NCBI RefSeq assembly: GCF_006345805.1
Contig: NC_043002.1
Span: 113,088,001-113,152,000 of the forward strand
From: Octopus sinensis
Taxonomy: Eukaryota
Length of the DNA: 64,000 nt
Direction of reading: 5' to 3'
The notes beneath the pieces were generated by a model. That model was not told the origin of the DNA and did not search any database. It worked only from the letters and a program-made list of their open reading frames with translations. Position 1 is the first letter of the stretch, and every line of letters begins with the position of its first letter. Positions 61,760-64,000 of the stretch are shown piece after piece. Position numbers and translations under genes: made by a program.

Positions 61760-62326
61760 TGCAATCTGCACCTGATATATATCGCAAGCAGAGTAGTCTG
61801 GTGGTCTGGTACTGTCTGGTGGTCTGGTACTGTCTGGTAGTCTGGTGGTCTGGTACTGTCTGGTGGTCTCATCCTCCAACCATGAGACCACCAGACAGTA
61901 CGGTTTCGAGCACTTTGTGCTCATCCTTGGTAGTGGATACCCGTCCGCTAGAGATAGCAGTAATTCGCTCCAGCTGGCAATATATGGAAAATAAGTGATA
62001 CCCAGTCATTCATCTTCCAGCAAGCAAATTAGCCACTTAGAAAATCTCTATAAGAGATGAAAGCAGTAACTACTCTACGAAGTTTACCGCCACTTAAATA
62101 TGGCTGTTCCGCAGGAAGAACCGACGTTATTACCATTTTAACTCCTGGCGGACGCTTCCTCCTGCTGGTTGTTGCAAGCTGGAGCGAGCTACTGCTATCT
62201 CTAGTGGACAAGTATCCATCACAGAGCACACAGCGCTCGAAACCGTGCGGTCTTGTGGTCTCGTGGCTGAGAGATGGTAAGGGTTCACTCCTCTGTTTGC
62301 AATATATATATCGGGTGCAGATTGCA
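61760..62326. repeat. Old diverged fold-back module with degenerate hammerhead fold
   Basis: Arms ~61760-61980 / 62172-62326; tandem tctggtgg/tctggtactg repeats in the left arm. Confidence 0.75.
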
Positions 62327-62405
62327 CATCAACATATCACATATGCATTCATAATCACACATGCACCATTGACACTCGTATGTATAAACATATATCATAT
62401 AGGTA

Positions 62406-62492
<87 letters not shown>

Positions 62493-62947
62493 CATATATA
62501 TATATGTACATACATTCATACATACATACATACATACATACATACATACATACATACATACATACATGCATACATACACACACATACACACACTTATATA
62601 TGTATATATATATTATTATTATTATTATATGTAGAAAAATACAAACTGGGACAAGAACGCAAAACACTTAGAAGACGATACAAAAAACACGGACGGGACT
62701 TTCGAAGCCCTCAATCTTCAGTCAAGAACCGGATCATCGTAGCAATTTCGGCTGATATATATATATATACATACATATACACATATATATATGCCAATGA
62801 TATTATTATAAACAATCATATATTCATATATATATTGAAATAATTTTTATTCCTTCGATCACCTTTTTAAATTTGCCGCCGCATTAAAAACGATCATCGT
62901 ACACATTGGTTGAGATGTATAATCTCTATAACTCTGGGATCAGTAAG

Positions 62948-63003
62948 ACTCATTGAAGATGAAGTAAGAATATTCCAAAGTTCGAAATCACGTTGATACG
63001 GGT
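62948..63003 (+). ncRNA. Hammerhead-like fold with C3U change in a solo Penelope-type pLTR
   Basis: actca-TTGAAGA-t-gaa..ttc-GAAA-tca cgt tga-TA-cgggt. Confidence 0.45.
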
Positions 63004-63516
63004 ATGTCTGGCTTTTTCAATTTTCAATTATTTTCCTCATCGGTACGGGGTTTTAGAATTGTTATTCGTCTGTCTTCTTTCACCTTTGTGTTTAAGTGAA
63101 AATTTGTGGTTTGGTCCTTTTGACTGCTATATTTAGCAGGGCGGTACTGCTCGTTAGCACCCTTAATTATTAATTGATAATTTTTTACAGTTATAGTTTT
63201 TTTACGCATGCTAAGCCACTGATAAGCAATAATATCCTTATATTTATATACGAAAGGTGTATGAAAAGTTTTGAACCTTCAAGGACTTTGAGCCTTGAAG
63301 TCTTGTACCTTCATCAGAAGTCTTGTACCATGTTTTGTTTTTTGAGGCTCAAGACTTTTCATACACCCACGTATATATATATATATATACACACACGCAC
63401 ATACATATGTATATGTATATATATATATATATAATAAATATTAGGGAATAAATCCAAACTTACAGGGAAAAATCAGATTTATGATTGAATCCAATTTTAT
63501 AGTAAAATATTATATT

Positions 63517-63714
63517 ATATTAAATTAGAGACAAAACCACTATTAGGCAAATCATACAATGAAAAACTTAAGCCAATACATAAGATTATTTAATTTATAT
63601 TATTTAAATATATTGTTATATATTTAAATGATATAAATTAAATAATCTTATGTATTGCCTTAAGTTTTTCATTGTATGATTTGCCTAATAGTGGTTTTGT
63701 CTCTAATTTAATAT
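63517..63714. repeat. AT-rich hairpin, 97-bp arms, 4-nt loop
   Basis: atattaaattagagacaaaaccactattaggcaaatc... vs its reverse complement; a related fragment lies at ~34455-34492. Confidence 0.9.
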
Positions 63715-63720
63715 CATGTG

Positions 63721-63754
<34 letters not shown>

Positions 63755-64000
63755 ATATATATATTGAGTTGGCACTCCGTCGTCGGTTACAACGTCGAAG
63801 GTTTTAGTTGATCCGATCAACGGGACAGCCTACTCGCGAAATTAACAAGTGGCCGAGCATTCCACAGACACTCATACCTCTAACGTAGGTCTCAGGGAGA
63901 TTCTGCGTGACACGAATGCGATAAGGCTGGCCCTTTGAATTAGAGGTACAACTCATTTCTACCAGCTGAGTGGACTGGAGCAACGTGAAACGCGTCGCCG

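Noticed and set aside
62640-62755. Minus-strand CTGAAGA...GAAA hammerhead candidate
   Set aside because: Stems I and III cannot be formed and stem II is poor; at most a decayed pLTR fragment.

Overview
AT-rich metazoan genomic DNA; the SINE, RTE and Helitron repertoire points to an octopus or other coleoid cephalopod (inferred). A 100-N gap at 29720-29819 separates two very different blocks. LEFT (1-29719): 12 GT-AG exons of a laminin beta chain gene (LAMB1/LanB1-like) on the minus strand. They splice into one open frame of 1954 nt (about 651 codons) covering LE repeats 1-5, domain IV and LE repeats 6-9. The introns are filled with tRNA-SINEs, RTE LINE fragments, TTAA-flanked MITEs and non-autonomous Helitrons. 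The N-terminal (LN domain) exons were not found in the window. RIGHT (29820-64000): no recognisable host exons, but a microsatellite-rich transposon nest. It holds a Tc1/mariner fragment, a Tx1/L1 ORF2 fragment, two R4/Dong-like fragments in (TAA)n tracts, an internally deleted CR1/L2-group LINE with a Myb/SANT-like domain in frame with the endonuclease start, a Penelope element, and an ORF1-only (HAL1-like) retroelement with a 16-bp TSD. The most striking signal is a series of fold-back (inverted-repeat) modules of 0.24-3.5 kb whose arms carry mirror-image Penelope-type hammerhead ribozymes: three pairs with intact cores, one pair with a U3:A8 core variant, and several degenerate copies. All structures were read by eye; no search or folding program was run.
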